This document shows positions 4,600 to 13,650 of a stretch of 20,000 nt of DNA, piece by piece. Below the pieces are notes generated by a model that did no database searches, was not told the origin of the DNA, and was given only the letters and a program-made list of their open reading frames with translations. The translations under genes and the position numbers were made by a program. Every line of letters starts with the position of its first letter. The first letter of the stretch is position 1. Source of the DNA: an uncultured virus (IMG/VR IMGVR_UViG_3300009605_000022) (Duplodnaviria; Heunggongvirae; Uroviricota; Caudoviricetes). The stretch lies in the IMG/VR virus record IMGVR_UViG_3300009605_000022. One strand, given 5' to 3'.

Positions 4600-5675
4600 T
4601 GGAGCTTAATATGATTGAGATAAAACATTTAATGAAAGACTCTTTAGTGCCTTTGGCTTTAGAGAGAGGAGGAACTGTAAAGCCTCTTATAATACCAGCA
4701 GCCGAGACCGGTGGGTTAGGATTATGCAACCCGTCGATATACCACGTACCTAAGACATCTAAGTACTTGATTAATGTGCGTAATGTATCTTATTACTTAC
4801 ACCACTGTGAAGGAGACCAGAAGTACCAAACACCATGGGGTCCTTTGAATTATGTAAGACCAGATAACGATGCATACCTAAGAACTAAGAATTTTATATG
4901 CGATTATAATTTAGGACAGGGTAAGATAACCAAGCATAAACTATTAGATACATCTAAATTTAAGAAAGAACCTGAGTGGGACTTTGTAGGATTAGAGGAT
5001 GGACGTATAGTGGAGTGGGAAGGTAAAACATATTTAACCGGCGTTAGGCGCTACGCGCCTGATGGCAAAGGAAGGATGGTGCTGTCTGAAATTGAGATTA
5101 CTAAAAAAGGAGTCAAGGAAGTTGGTCGATATGTGATGGACTCTCCTAATGGTCCTGAAGAATACTGTGAGAAGAACTGGATGCCTATCTTAGATATGCC
5201 ATTCCATTATGTTCATACAGCTAACCCACTTAAGATTGTCAAAGTAGATATAAATGAAAAGTGGAAACATAACCCAATAAAGTATAGGTGTCCTGTTAAC
5301 GTAGTACACGAAGGTAAAGAAGAGATACCTCTACAGTTAGACCCTCGTGGCAGTTCACAACTTGTACCATGGAAGGATGGTTATCTATGTGTAACACATG
5401 AATGTGACTACTGGCATAATGAGAAAAATGACAGAGACGCACATTACTATCACAGGTTTATATACTGGGACAAAGAATGGAACCTAAAAGGATATTCACA
5501 ACCGTACAAGTTTATGGATGGTAGAATAGAATTCTGTTGTGGTATGGCAGGTCACCCTGATGCACAGTGTGATGACATGCTTATAACATATGGCTTCCAA
5601 GATAATTCTGCTTATGTACTACACATAAAAGAAGACCATATACTAGAGTTATTGGAGCATTCAAATAAGGAATGA
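4599..5675 (+). CDS. GH130/GH43-like five-bladed beta-propeller glycosidase or phosphorylase
   Basis: NPSI, GLEDGR, EKNWMP, RGSS, IEFCCG, ITYGFQD motifs. Confidence 0.75.
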   Translation: MELNMIEIKHLMKDSLVPLALERGGTVKPLIIPAAETGGLGLCNPSIYHVPKTSKYLINVRNVSYYLHHCEGDQKYQTPWGPLNYVRPDNDAYLRTKNFICDYNLGQGKITKHKLLDTSKFKKEPEWDFVGLEDGRIVEWEGKTYLTGVRRYAPDGKGRMVLSEIEITKKGVKEVGRYVMDSPNGPEEYCEKNWMPILDMPFHYVHTANPLKIVKVDINEKWKHNPIKYRCPVNVVHEGKEEIPLQLDPRGSSQLVPWKDGYLCVTHECDYWHNEKNDRDAHYYHRFIYWDKEWNLKGYSQPYKFMDGRIEFCCGMAGHPDAQCDDMLITYGFQDNSAYVLHIKEDHILELLEHSNKE

Positions 5676-7297
5676 ACAATTACTGGAAAACCACAGCGTG
5701 GCCTACGCTAGAGATAACAACCTCAATTCCTAAAGCAGGATGCGTAGTTGATTGTGTCTTTTGTCCACAACGAGTCTTACAGAAAGTATGGGATGCTGAG
5801 AAGTTCACTACTAACGCAGCTAGAACTATGAAGCTCGAGGACTTCAAGATGGTAATAGATAAATTACCTAAAGAAGTGAGGATTACTTTCTCAGGGTTCA
5901 CCGAACCTTGGTTAAATAAAAATACTACTGACATGTTGTTATATGCACATGAGCAGGGACATAGGGTATCCGTATTTACTACAGCAGTAGGTATGCAACT
6001 CAAAGACGTTGAAAGAATAAAAGACATTCCATTCTGTGGTGGACCTAATGGTGGGTTTACTTTACACTTACCTGATACAGAAAGGTTAGCCAAACATCCA
6101 GTAAATAAGAAGTACATTAAAGTAGTTCAAGCACTTAAAGACGCCAATATCAATAATTTTCAAACGATGTCTATGGGCATGGTTCATGAAGAGGTGGTAG
6201 ATATTTATCCAGACGAAGAAGTCAATAAATATGAAATGTGGCACAGAGCAGGTAACCTATTAGGTGAAGCTCAACTTAAACCAGAAGTAAAAGAAGTATG
6301 GGATAGATTTAAATCAATAATGCATGAGGATGAAATGACATGTGGTTGTGTAGAAGATTTATATCATAATATCTTATTACCTAATGGTGAAGTATCTTTA
6401 TGTTGTATGGATTATAATTTAGAAGAGATACTTGGTAATTTATATACTGAAGAGTATGACGACATACTACCACCACCAAATACTACATATGATATGTGTA
6501 GCAGGTGTGAGAATGGTGTTCCACCTATGAAACTAAGTGGATGGGAAGAAGAGATAACAATAAACCCACAAGGAACATCACCAGAGAGTAATGCACCTAT
6601 TCTCGTCAAAGAAGAAACAATAGATAGATTAGATTATAACAATTACTTTGTTCCAGAAGCTATGGTACAATATTTAGATAATAATAAAGTTCCAGAGCAT
6701 GAAATAATAAACTGGGCTAAGAATAACTTCTGTCATAACGAAAAGACGTTTGTAGACATAGGAGCACATGTTGGTACATATACATGGACACTAGCACCGT
6801 TCTTTAGTAGTACAGTTAGTTTCGAACCTACTAAGTCAACATATAATTATTTATGTGGAAACGTAATGCTTAAGAACCTGTCAAAGAAAGTTACAACTCA
6901 TAACGTAGCTTTAGGTGCAGAAGAAACTACCATGATGTTTTACGAAAGAAGTAAAGATGGTGGTACTAATGGATTGAACTTAGATTACAACAATGGTAAA
7001 TGGTTAGGTAATGACCAAGACCACTACGAAGTAAAAGTAAATAGATTAGATGATTATAAACTAATGAATGTAGGATTTATAAAAATAGATGTAGAAGGCT
7101 ATGAGCTTGCAGTATTAAAAGGAGCAACCACAACATTACAGAACAATGGTTACCCTCCAATACTATTCGAAAGCTGGCCTGCTAACAATCCAGAGAATAC
7201 TTTATTGAAAGATAATTTATTTAATTACTTATTCGCATTAGGATACAAAATAGGAAGTACACCACACCCCGAGATATTTATAGCAAGGAAAGATTAA
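5672..7297 (+). CDS. Radical SAM/SPASM-like domain fused to an FkbM-family methyltransferase
   Basis: CVVDCVFC, SGFTEP, VSLCCMDY..LGN..CSRC; then FVDIGAHVG, FEP, IKIDVEGYELAVLKGA. Confidence 0.85.
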   Translation: MNNYWKTTAWPTLEITTSIPKAGCVVDCVFCPQRVLQKVWDAEKFTTNAARTMKLEDFKMVIDKLPKEVRITFSGFTEPWLNKNTTDMLLYAHEQGHRVSVFTTAVGMQLKDVERIKDIPFCGGPNGGFTLHLPDTERLAKHPVNKKYIKVVQALKDANINNFQTMSMGMVHEEVVDIYPDEEVNKYEMWHRAGNLLGEAQLKPEVKEVWDRFKSIMHEDEMTCGCVEDLYHNILLPNGEVSLCCMDYNLEEILGNLYTEEYDDILPPPNTTYDMCSRCENGVPPMKLSGWEEEITINPQGTSPESNAPILVKEETIDRLDYNNYFVPEAMVQYLDNNKVPEHEIINWAKNNFCHNEKTFVDIGAHVGTYTWTLAPFFSSTVSFEPTKSTYNYLCGNVMLKNLSKKVTTHNVALGAEETTMMFYERSKDGGTNGLNLDYNNGKWLGNDQDHYEVKVNRLDDYKLMNVGFIKIDVEGYELAVLKGATTTLQNNGYPPILFESWPANNPENTLLKDNLFNYLFALGYKIGSTPHPEIFIARKD

Positions 7298-7299
7298 CA

Positions 7300-7959
7300 A
7301 TGAGACAAATAGAAATAAAATTAGAAGAATACCTAGCAGACCCCACAGAACCAATGACCAGTTTCAACATGGGACTTGAGTATGAACTCATAGGGCAGTA
7401 TGCCTCTGCAATGGGATACTATCTGAAAGCAGCTGAATTAACAGATGATGATAAGTTAGCATACGAATGTTTACTTAGAAAAGCAATGTGTTATAAAGAG
7501 TTACCAGATAGATGGGCACATGTAAGAATTAATTGTTTACACGCAGTTAGTTTGATGCCAGAAAGACCTGAAGCATATCATTTGCTGTCTGTAGCTTACG
7601 AGAACACAGGCAATTGGATAGAATCATATACATGGGCTAAAGTAGGACAAAGATTAAATGGAATAGCTAAGAATGATATATTAAGAACAGATGTACAATA
7701 TGCTGGACATTATGTATTAAGATTTCAACAAGCTGTTGCAGAATGGCATCTAGGTAGATTCCAAGAATCAATAGACCAATTCAAAGCTTTACTTGAAGAA
7801 GAACCTTTAGACTTAGCTTATCAAGGTCATTGTAAATGGAATGTAGACCACCTAGAAGGTAGAGATGCAGATGCACTTGCTGGTATTAAGAAAGGTAAGA
7901 GCACTACTGATAAAGATGAGATAATTAAAAAGATAATGGAGAAACAACAAAAGAAGTAA
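7300..7959 (+). CDS. TPR-repeat protein
   Basis: Helical repeats: GQYASAMGYYLKAAEL, PERPEAYHLLS, LGRFQESIDQF. Confidence 0.75.
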   Translation: MRQIEIKLEEYLADPTEPMTSFNMGLEYELIGQYASAMGYYLKAAELTDDDKLAYECLLRKAMCYKELPDRWAHVRINCLHAVSLMPERPEAYHLLSVAYENTGNWIESYTWAKVGQRLNGIAKNDILRTDVQYAGHYVLRFQQAVAEWHLGRFQESIDQFKALLEEEPLDLAYQGHCKWNVDHLEGRDADALAGIKKGKSTTDKDEIIKKIMEKQQKK

Positions 7960-7961
7960 TT

Positions 7962-8711
7962 ATGTTAGATGAGCTAGAAGATGTAGGTTGGATATCCGAA
8001 GAAGACTTCAAAGAGATGAAGAGTCTCGGTATAGAAACCCCTAAAGAGTATTTTAAATATAAAGATAATATAACCACTAGAGATGTAGAAGATATATTAT
8101 TAGAATCAGTAAAACATGTTACAGTTAAAGAAGGCTCATTACCTACATTGATTGTTATCGACGATTTCTTTAACGACCCTGATTCAGTAAGAGACTTTGC
8201 TATGACTAGAGACTTTGTACCACGTGGAGAACATGGTGCAGTAGGGCACAGAACTTTAGTTCACCATCATTTTGATGGAGTAAGAGAACACTTTGAAAAA
8301 GTACTTGGTTCTAAGATATTAGATGGAAAAGACATAGGTGGTTGGGATTACCAACCTAATGGTACATTCCAACACTGTATGGCAGAAGACCCTTTTGTTA
8401 TTCATGCAGATGACCAACAATGGGCAGCTATGGTATATCTAACACCTGACGCACCACCAGAGTGTGGAACTTCTATGTATAGACATAAAGAGTCAGGAAT
8501 GGATGCAATACGTAAAAAGGAGTGGCACATATTTAAAGAAAACTTTTATGATGCAACACCCTTTGAGTTAGTAGATAAGATAGGAAACAAATACAATCGT
8601 TGTGTGATTATGGATGCTAAACTAATACACGCAGCTTCACAATACTTTGGCGACAATATAAAAAATGATAGATTATTTCAAATATACTTTTTTGATACGG
8701 AGAACAAATAA
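7962..8711 (+). CDS. 2OG-Fe(II) oxygenase-like protein (DUF6445-like)
   Basis: IVIDDFFNDPD, HAD (HxD), AMVYLTP..GT, NKYNR, distal H in IHAA, RLFQ. Confidence 0.75.
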   Translation: MLDELEDVGWISEEDFKEMKSLGIETPKEYFKYKDNITTRDVEDILLESVKHVTVKEGSLPTLIVIDDFFNDPDSVRDFAMTRDFVPRGEHGAVGHRTLVHHHFDGVREHFEKVLGSKILDGKDIGGWDYQPNGTFQHCMAEDPFVIHADDQQWAAMVYLTPDAPPECGTSMYRHKESGMDAIRKKEWHIFKENFYDATPFELVDKIGNKYNRCVIMDAKLIHAASQYFGDNIKNDRLFQIYFFDTENK

Positions 8712-9685
8712 TGACAGAAACTAAATGGACAGCGAGTCACATGAGGCTCAGCCCAAGTAAGATTAATACTTACATGAAATGCCCCCGAGAGTTCTACTAT
8801 AACTATATAGCTAAACTCCCACAAAAGAAAACAATACATTTGTTCAGAGGAACATTAGTACACAAAGTCTTAGAAGAACTTTTTAAGCAACAATTTAAAA
8901 CTTTACCACAATGGGAGAAAGGAGAACCTAAGGTATGGGTACAAGAACAATTCGAAAAAGGATGGGAAGAAAAGATAGCTAAACACAAATGGTTATGGGA
9001 CGTACACACTGATTTAGAAATGGATGCTATGTATAAAGAGACAGAAGCACTATTACAAAACTTTGTAGACTCTGTAGATAAGAAACTAACAGAAATGGTT
9101 GAATGGAAGATATTCCGTAATAAACAACAAGCATGGAATGCAGTAGCACCTAAGTATGCTGAGAAGTGGGTTAAGTCTCACGAGTATGCAATCGTAGGAG
9201 TTATAGATGTTGTATGTAATGATTTCGATGGTGGCACTACACTACTTGATTATAAGACATCAAAAAGATATGGACCATACCTACCAGAAGAATATTACAG
9301 GCAGTTAATTATTTATGCCTTTTTATATACGTTAGAGATGGGAGAGATGCCTAACTTTGTAGGTGTTAACTATCTTCGTTTTGATGATACATTCTTTGTT
9401 AAGGTAGGACAAAAGGAACTTGATGAAGCTAAAGACTTAATTAAGATGGTACACGATTGTATCAAAGAACGTCAAGAGTATGAAGACAGATATGAACAGA
9501 AACCACAGAACTTATGTAAGTGGTGTTCTTTCCATAAATCTCAAGGTGGACCCTGTGATGCTGAAGTTCCAAAATGGGAACCAAAGTTCAAAAAACGTAA
9601 AAAAGAAAATTATGCAGATATATCAAAAGATTCTAAATTGAACATAGAATTAGAAAATCAGGACCAGTTTCCAGACTACGACTAA
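8711..9685 (+). CDS. PD-(D/E)XK nuclease, Cas4/RecB(AddB)-like, with four Fe-S cysteines
   Basis: SPS...CPR, GTLVH, GVID...DYKT, QLIIY, CKWC...C. Confidence 0.85.
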   Translation: MTETKWTASHMRLSPSKINTYMKCPREFYYNYIAKLPQKKTIHLFRGTLVHKVLEELFKQQFKTLPQWEKGEPKVWVQEQFEKGWEEKIAKHKWLWDVHTDLEMDAMYKETEALLQNFVDSVDKKLTEMVEWKIFRNKQQAWNAVAPKYAEKWVKSHEYAIVGVIDVVCNDFDGGTTLLDYKTSKRYGPYLPEEYYRQLIIYAFLYTLEMGEMPNFVGVNYLRFDDTFFVKVGQKELDEAKDLIKMVHDCIKERQEYEDRYEQKPQNLCKWCSFHKSQGGPCDAEVPKWEPKFKKRKKENYADISKDSKLNIELENQDQFPDYD

Positions 9686-9687
9686 GG

Positions 9688-9722
9688 AAACCTTTATATA
9701 AGCGCGTGATGTAAAATATAAC
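9688..9722 (+). promoter_or_regulatory. Archaeal promoter AAACC-TTTATATA, near-leaderless
   Basis: TATA box at 9693-9700, ATG at 9723. Confidence 0.65.
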
Positions 9723-10679
9723 ATGGCGCGCGATGATTATGGAGCTATCTCTGTAATCTCTGATGATGAACGTGAAGCATTAGGGATAGGAGGTAGAAGA
9801 CCAGACGATGAAGAAGAAGGTCTTTTTGAGACCATTGGTAAAGCTGGAGATAAACTTGGAGAAACTAAATTAGGTAAAAAACTAGGTTCTATACTTACGG
9901 TACTATTATTAACTATGTTTGGCAGCGGCGCTGTAGATGTCGGTATGCTACAAGATATTTTTGGAGGAGAGGAAGAGCCCATATCAAAGGGTGGATGTAT
10001 GGACGTTGGAGCTGTCAATTTTAAAAGTGATGCAACTTTTGATAACGGCAGTTGTGTATTCCCCCCTCCTGTAGTGTATGGATGTACAAATCCAGATGCA
10101 GATAATTATAACGCACAGGCTACCCATGATAATGGGCGATGTCAATTTCTTGGTGGGAGTCCTAACAACAACACAAATAACAATGAGACACAGACAAACG
10201 AGACAGTTTATGGGTGTATGGACTTAGAAGCTGAGAACTATAATGACCGAGCTGAGGAAGATGATGGAAGCTGTGAGTATGAAGAGTATGATTGTACAGC
10301 TAACCATACTTATTTTTATAATGGTTTACAATACGGAAACTATTCTAGAGAAGACAACTCTTTAAATATTACAGTAGACATAGATACAGACTGTGACCTA
10401 GACACATTACCAGTTATGGTTTATTATGACATAGGTCATATGAAGGTAGTGGACAACGAAACAGTGTGGAATGGTTATATGTTTAATAATTACTTTTTTA
10501 ACGTAACTGGTTGGGAAGGTAATGAATATCAACTATCCTCAGGGGTAGAATACTTTACAGAACCTTATACAGGATGGTATATGGTATATGTGAATTTATA
10601 CGCAGACTACAATAGAGATGGTGAGTATGAATACGTAAATTACTTTTACATAGAAGAAATTATATTGGAGGAGGAATGA
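9723..10679 (+). CDS. Membrane-anchored acidic surface protein with three GCxDxxAxN(Y/F)...DxGxC-type repeats
   Basis: Hydrophobic segment LGSILTVLLLTMFG; three Cys-paired repeats; many N-x-S/T sequons. Confidence 0.75.
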   Translation: MARDDYGAISVISDDEREALGIGGRRPDDEEEGLFETIGKAGDKLGETKLGKKLGSILTVLLLTMFGSGAVDVGMLQDIFGGEEEPISKGGCMDVGAVNFKSDATFDNGSCVFPPPVVYGCTNPDADNYNAQATHDNGRCQFLGGSPNNNTNNNETQTNETVYGCMDLEAENYNDRAEEDDGSCEYEEYDCTANHTYFYNGLQYGNYSREDNSLNITVDIDTDCDLDTLPVMVYYDIGHMKVVDNETVWNGYMFNNYFFNVTGWEGNEYQLSSGVEYFTEPYTGWYMVYVNLYADYNRDGEYEYVNYFYIEEIILEEE

Positions 10680-10813
10680 AGGCTAGAGAAATGCTAGTCC
10701 TTACAAATATGTTAGCGAAAATTATATCAGAAGTGGATGACTTGAAAAGAATGATTAGCAAATCAGTTAATGACGATTTTAGAGAAAACTACACTGAAGG
10801 TGAAGAGGAGTGA
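10676..10813 (+). CDS. 45-aa protein MKAREMLVLTNMLAKIISEVDDLKRM...
   Basis: Hand-translated; GGAGG SD; ATGA/GTGA overlaps fill the gap exactly. Confidence 0.7.
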   Translation: MKAREMLVLTNMLAKIISEVDDLKRMISKSVNDDFRENYTEGEEE

Positions 10814-11340
10814 TTGAATGGATAAGTATACTAGAAATATTGGCAGTAACAATGGCAGCGTCAGCTACCATATTAATGCTAGTAATAATAGTGCAATTTG
10901 CGCGCCGCATGATGCCAAGTATACCACCCAAGAAAGTAGTGCTGATAGAACAAACAAAAGAAAAGGAGAAACCAAAAATGAGTAAAGAAGCAAAGGAAGG
11001 AGTTACATTTAATGACCTATTTATGTTTATGATTGCAGTACCTCTAGTTTTACTGTGGGTTGGATTTGCAGGGTTCGTTATACATAGCGGACTTGGTAAA
11101 CCTGAAGTTCTTGAAAACATTGAAGCATACACAACTTTAATAGCTATATTAGGTGGGCCAGCCCTTCTAATTATTAAAGATGCTCTAGATGTTTGGAAAC
11201 AAGAACAAGCAGAGAAAACAGCATTCTACAAGATTAAAGCACAATCTGTTATTGATTATAATGAATCTACACAGAAGCAAGCACAAATGATAGAAGCTAA
11301 GGCACAAGAACAAGAACATAAGATGGAGATAAAAAAATGA
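10810..11340 (+). CDS. Integral membrane protein (2-3 TM) with a coiled-coil C-terminus
   Basis: Three hydrophobic stretches; possible second start at 10978. Confidence 0.75.
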   Translation: MIEWISILEILAVTMAASATILMLVIIVQFARRMMPSIPPKKVVLIEQTKEKEKPKMSKEAKEGVTFNDLFMFMIAVPLVLLWVGFAGFVIHSGLGKPEVLENIEAYTTLIAILGGPALLIIKDALDVWKQEQAEKTAFYKIKAQSVIDYNESTQKQAQMIEAKAQEQEHKMEIKK

Positions 11341-11489
11341 ACGACTTTGAGATGAAACAAATGAGAGCTGAGCTAGATGGACTACATGAGACAGTAGAAG
11401 TATTGTTAGCATGTATAGGCAAAGATATGTACGCAGAGCACGACTGCTGTTGTGATGAGAGCGGTTGCTGCGTAACCGAGGAAGAATAA
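11337..11489 (+). CDS. 50-aa protein with a Cys/acidic tail (HDCCCDESGCC)
   Basis: Hand-translated; GGAG SD; ATGA overlap. Confidence 0.7.
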   Translation: MNDFEMKQMRAELDGLHETVEVLLACIGKDMYAEHDCCCDESGCCVTEEE

Positions 11490-11491
11490 AC

Positions 11492-11716
11492 ATGGTAGAA
11501 GAACCAGATTTTATGAATAAACAAAAGAAGGCTTTTGGTATTTACAAAGGAGATGGTAGTGGAGAAGTTAACACAAATCCTGAACAAGGAACACCCAATG
11601 CAGATTGGTGTGAGAAAGTTAATTCATTACCAACCTATAGTGCACCTAATGGTAACAAGGAAACTTACACCGACAAGGACTATAGATTTAAACCAAAAGA
11701 CGATTACATAGACTAG
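11492..11716 (+). CDS. 74-aa hypothetical protein
   Basis: ORF-track frame; start moved to ATG 11492 (GAGG SD). Confidence 0.7.
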   Translation: MVEEPDFMNKQKKAFGIYKGDGSGEVNTNPEQGTPNADWCEKVNSLPTYSAPNGNKETYTDKDYRFKPKDDYID

Positions 11717-11726
11717 GATTGATTCT

Positions 11727-11846
11727 ATGGCTTATGTAAAGAAAAACAAAAACGGGGTCCCCCGAAAGAAACCTACCAAGCGTAGGGTGAAGAAAGGTGA
11801 GAAGGCCTTCCGTGGAAAAGACGGAAAACTCAGGAAAAAGAAATAA
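11727..11846 (+). CDS. 39-aa extremely basic protein MAYVKKNKNGVPRKKPTKRRVKK...
   Basis: Hand-translated; TAATG overlap with the next gene. Confidence 0.7.
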   Translation: MAYVKKNKNGVPRKKPTKRRVKKGEKAFRGKDGKLRKKK

Positions 11847-12106
11847 TGGCAATAAGTAATAAACAAGTAGCAAAAACAAACAAGAAAGAAGGAATCGATA
11901 AAACTCTAACAATGAGGAAATCAGGTTCTGGAGAAAAAGTCTTCAGCCACGTTGGCGGTAAGACCCATGCTTTAGAAAAGAATCCTATATCTAAAGAAAC
12001 AGCTCTTAAACAAATTAGAGATGTAACAGAAACAGAGATAGCAGATAGAAAGCACCACGGTCACCACATAGGTAAAAGACAAGCAACCAAAGATACAAGG
12101 AAGTAA
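11846..12106 (+). CDS. 86-aa basic, His-containing protein
   Basis: ORF track; coupled start. Confidence 0.75.
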   Translation: MAISNKQVAKTNKKEGIDKTLTMRKSGSGEKVFSHVGGKTHALEKNPISKETALKQIRDVTETEIADRKHHGHHIGKRQATKDTRK

Positions 12107-12108
12107 TA

Positions 12109-12285
12109 ATGATATTTAGAAATGGTTCAGAAAAGAAACATGAATGTCTTTCACATGACCACTTTATGGATGAAGATGGTAAATCTTGGAGCGGTATGAA
12201 TACAGCTGTTCCTAAGACACGTGAAGCATTGATGAAAAAGAAAGGACCAATTATAGGTAGGTCACCAGCAGGAGTTGATGAATAA
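12109..12285 (+). CDS. 58-aa protein MIFRNGSEKKHECLSHDHF...
   Basis: Hand-translated; fills the gap with a TAATG overlap. Confidence 0.7.
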   Translation: MIFRNGSEKKHECLSHDHFMDEDGKSWSGMNTAVPKTREALMKKKGPIIGRSPAGVDE

Positions 12286-12452
12286 TGGTAGCTAAGAAGA
12301 AAGGACTGTATGCAAACATACACGCCAAAAGAAAGCGCATTAAGAAAGGCTCTGGTGAGAAGATGAAGAAGAAAGGAGCTAAAGGACGACCTACAGCTAA
12401 ACAATTTAAAAAAGCAGCAAAGACTGCTAAGAAAAGAGGCAAGAAGAAATAA
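12285..12452 (+). CDS. 55-aa Lys-rich protein MVAKKKGLYANIHAKRKRIKKGSGEKM...
   Basis: Hand-translated; TAATG overlaps on both sides; GLYANIHAKRKR resembles a small-protein family of marine phages (from memory). Confidence 0.8.
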   Translation: MVAKKKGLYANIHAKRKRIKKGSGEKMKKKGAKGRPTAKQFKKAAKTAKKRGKKK

Positions 12453-12739
12453 TGGCGCCTGCAAAGAAGAAGGATGCCAAATTAACAAGAGCGGGAGTAT
12501 CAGGTTATAACAAACCTAAGCGAACGCCTAAACACCCAAAGAAATCACATGTAGTAGTTGCTAAAGAAGGTGGTAAGACTAAACTAATTAGATTTGGTCA
12601 ACAAGGAGTAACTACAGCAGGTAAGAAAACAGACAAGAAATCTATGGCCCGAAGGAAGAGTTTTAAAGCGCGCCACGCTAAGAATATCAAGAAGGGAAAG
12701 ATGTCTGCTGCATATTGGGCTGATAAAGTTAAATGGTAA
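12452..12739 (+). CDS. 95-aa basic viral protein (RFGQQG...RRKSFKARH...SAAYWA..KW type)
   Basis: ORF track; motif recalled from marine virus hypothetical proteins. Confidence 0.8.
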   Translation: MAPAKKKDAKLTRAGVSGYNKPKRTPKHPKKSHVVVAKEGGKTKLIRFGQQGVTTAGKKTDKKSMARRKSFKARHAKNIKKGKMSAAYWADKVKW

Positions 12740-12853
12740 GCTTTATATACTCAGGGGTGCTAATTATTATAGGCTCTCTCGTTAGGGCCAAGGCTTCATA
12801 GGATAGGCATACGCCAGTGTCCAAGAAGGAGCCCACAAAAAAAGGAGACATAT
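12738..12853 (+). promoter_or_regulatory. Promoter AAGC-TTTATATA followed by a structured ~80-nt leader
   Basis: TATA box 12742-12749; hairpins 12772-12789 and 12792-12833; AGGAG SD. Confidence 0.65.
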
Positions 12854-13303
12854 ATGTCGAACAATACAACAAATGAAACAAATGATAACTCAACAGTACT
12901 AGATACTAATGAGACAGCAGATGGTAATTTATCTGCTATTATCGAGAGTGTAGAAGAATCAGGACTTTTGGATAGTCTAATGGATGAACCGTTATTGGTA
13001 GGACTCGTTGCAGTAGTATTAGGTCTTGGTGCTTACATAGCATACACAGTACCAGCTGTTAAAGCTTTAGTATTTAAATACTTAAAGAATAACGAAGCCG
13101 AACTTATGGAACTATTAGATAAAAACTTAACAAAAGTTCAGATGAAGGCATTCGAGAAGCTGGATGAAGCAGCTCAGAAGCACGTAAAGGACTCAATGGT
13201 CAAAAATGTTTTAGTCACCGCATGGGATGAGAAAGACGATGAATTAGCCGCATTGGTTAAATCAAAAGTCAAATCAGCTCTTGACGAAGGCAAAGCACTT
13301 TGA
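12854..13303 (+). CDS. Single-pass membrane protein with a sequon-rich acidic N-terminus
   Basis: NNT/NET/NST/NET/NLS sequons, TM segment LLVGLVAVVLGLGAYIAY, helical C-terminus. Confidence 0.75.
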   Translation: MSNNTTNETNDNSTVLDTNETADGNLSAIIESVEESGLLDSLMDEPLLVGLVAVVLGLGAYIAYTVPAVKALVFKYLKNNEAELMELLDKNLTKVQMKAFEKLDEAAQKHVKDSMVKNVLVTAWDEKDDELAALVKSKVKSALDEGKAL

Positions 13304-13650
13304 ACGTAGAGGAATACGAGCAGCGGTTACGTCAGCGAGTAGGAGAAGGGGAATATGAACGTCATAAAGAACTTGTACGCTTGCTGGCTCGCAATCTTGC
13401 TCTTGAAGACATACTGTGGGAAGAAATTCTTGTATCTATTCGGGATGTTAACAAAAGAACAGAGCTACTGCGACAGAGAAATTCAATCGTTCGTGACATA
13501 CATACGGAGTTCCGAGCGTTAAATATAGAAGTGCCTACAGTGGCAGAAGAAAGAACAGCAGACTTTGCATCTTTCTTAGGAGATTTAGGAAATGACGACG
13601 ACCAAGCTACCTCAGGGGGTAGCACCGCCAAGTCCAGTGAAGAGTCATAA
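13300..13650 (+). CDS. Putative terminase small subunit
   Basis: Helical 116-aa protein immediately upstream of and overlapping terL; call is positional. Confidence 0.55.
   Translation: MNVEEYEQRLRQRVGEGEYERHKELVRLLARNLALEDILWEEILVSIRDVNKRTELLRQRNSIVRDIHTEFRALNIEVPTVAEERTADFASFLGDLGNDDDQATSGGSTAKSSEES

Noticed and set aside
8711..9685. CRISPR adaptation module
   Set aside because: No cas1, cas2 or array is present in the window.
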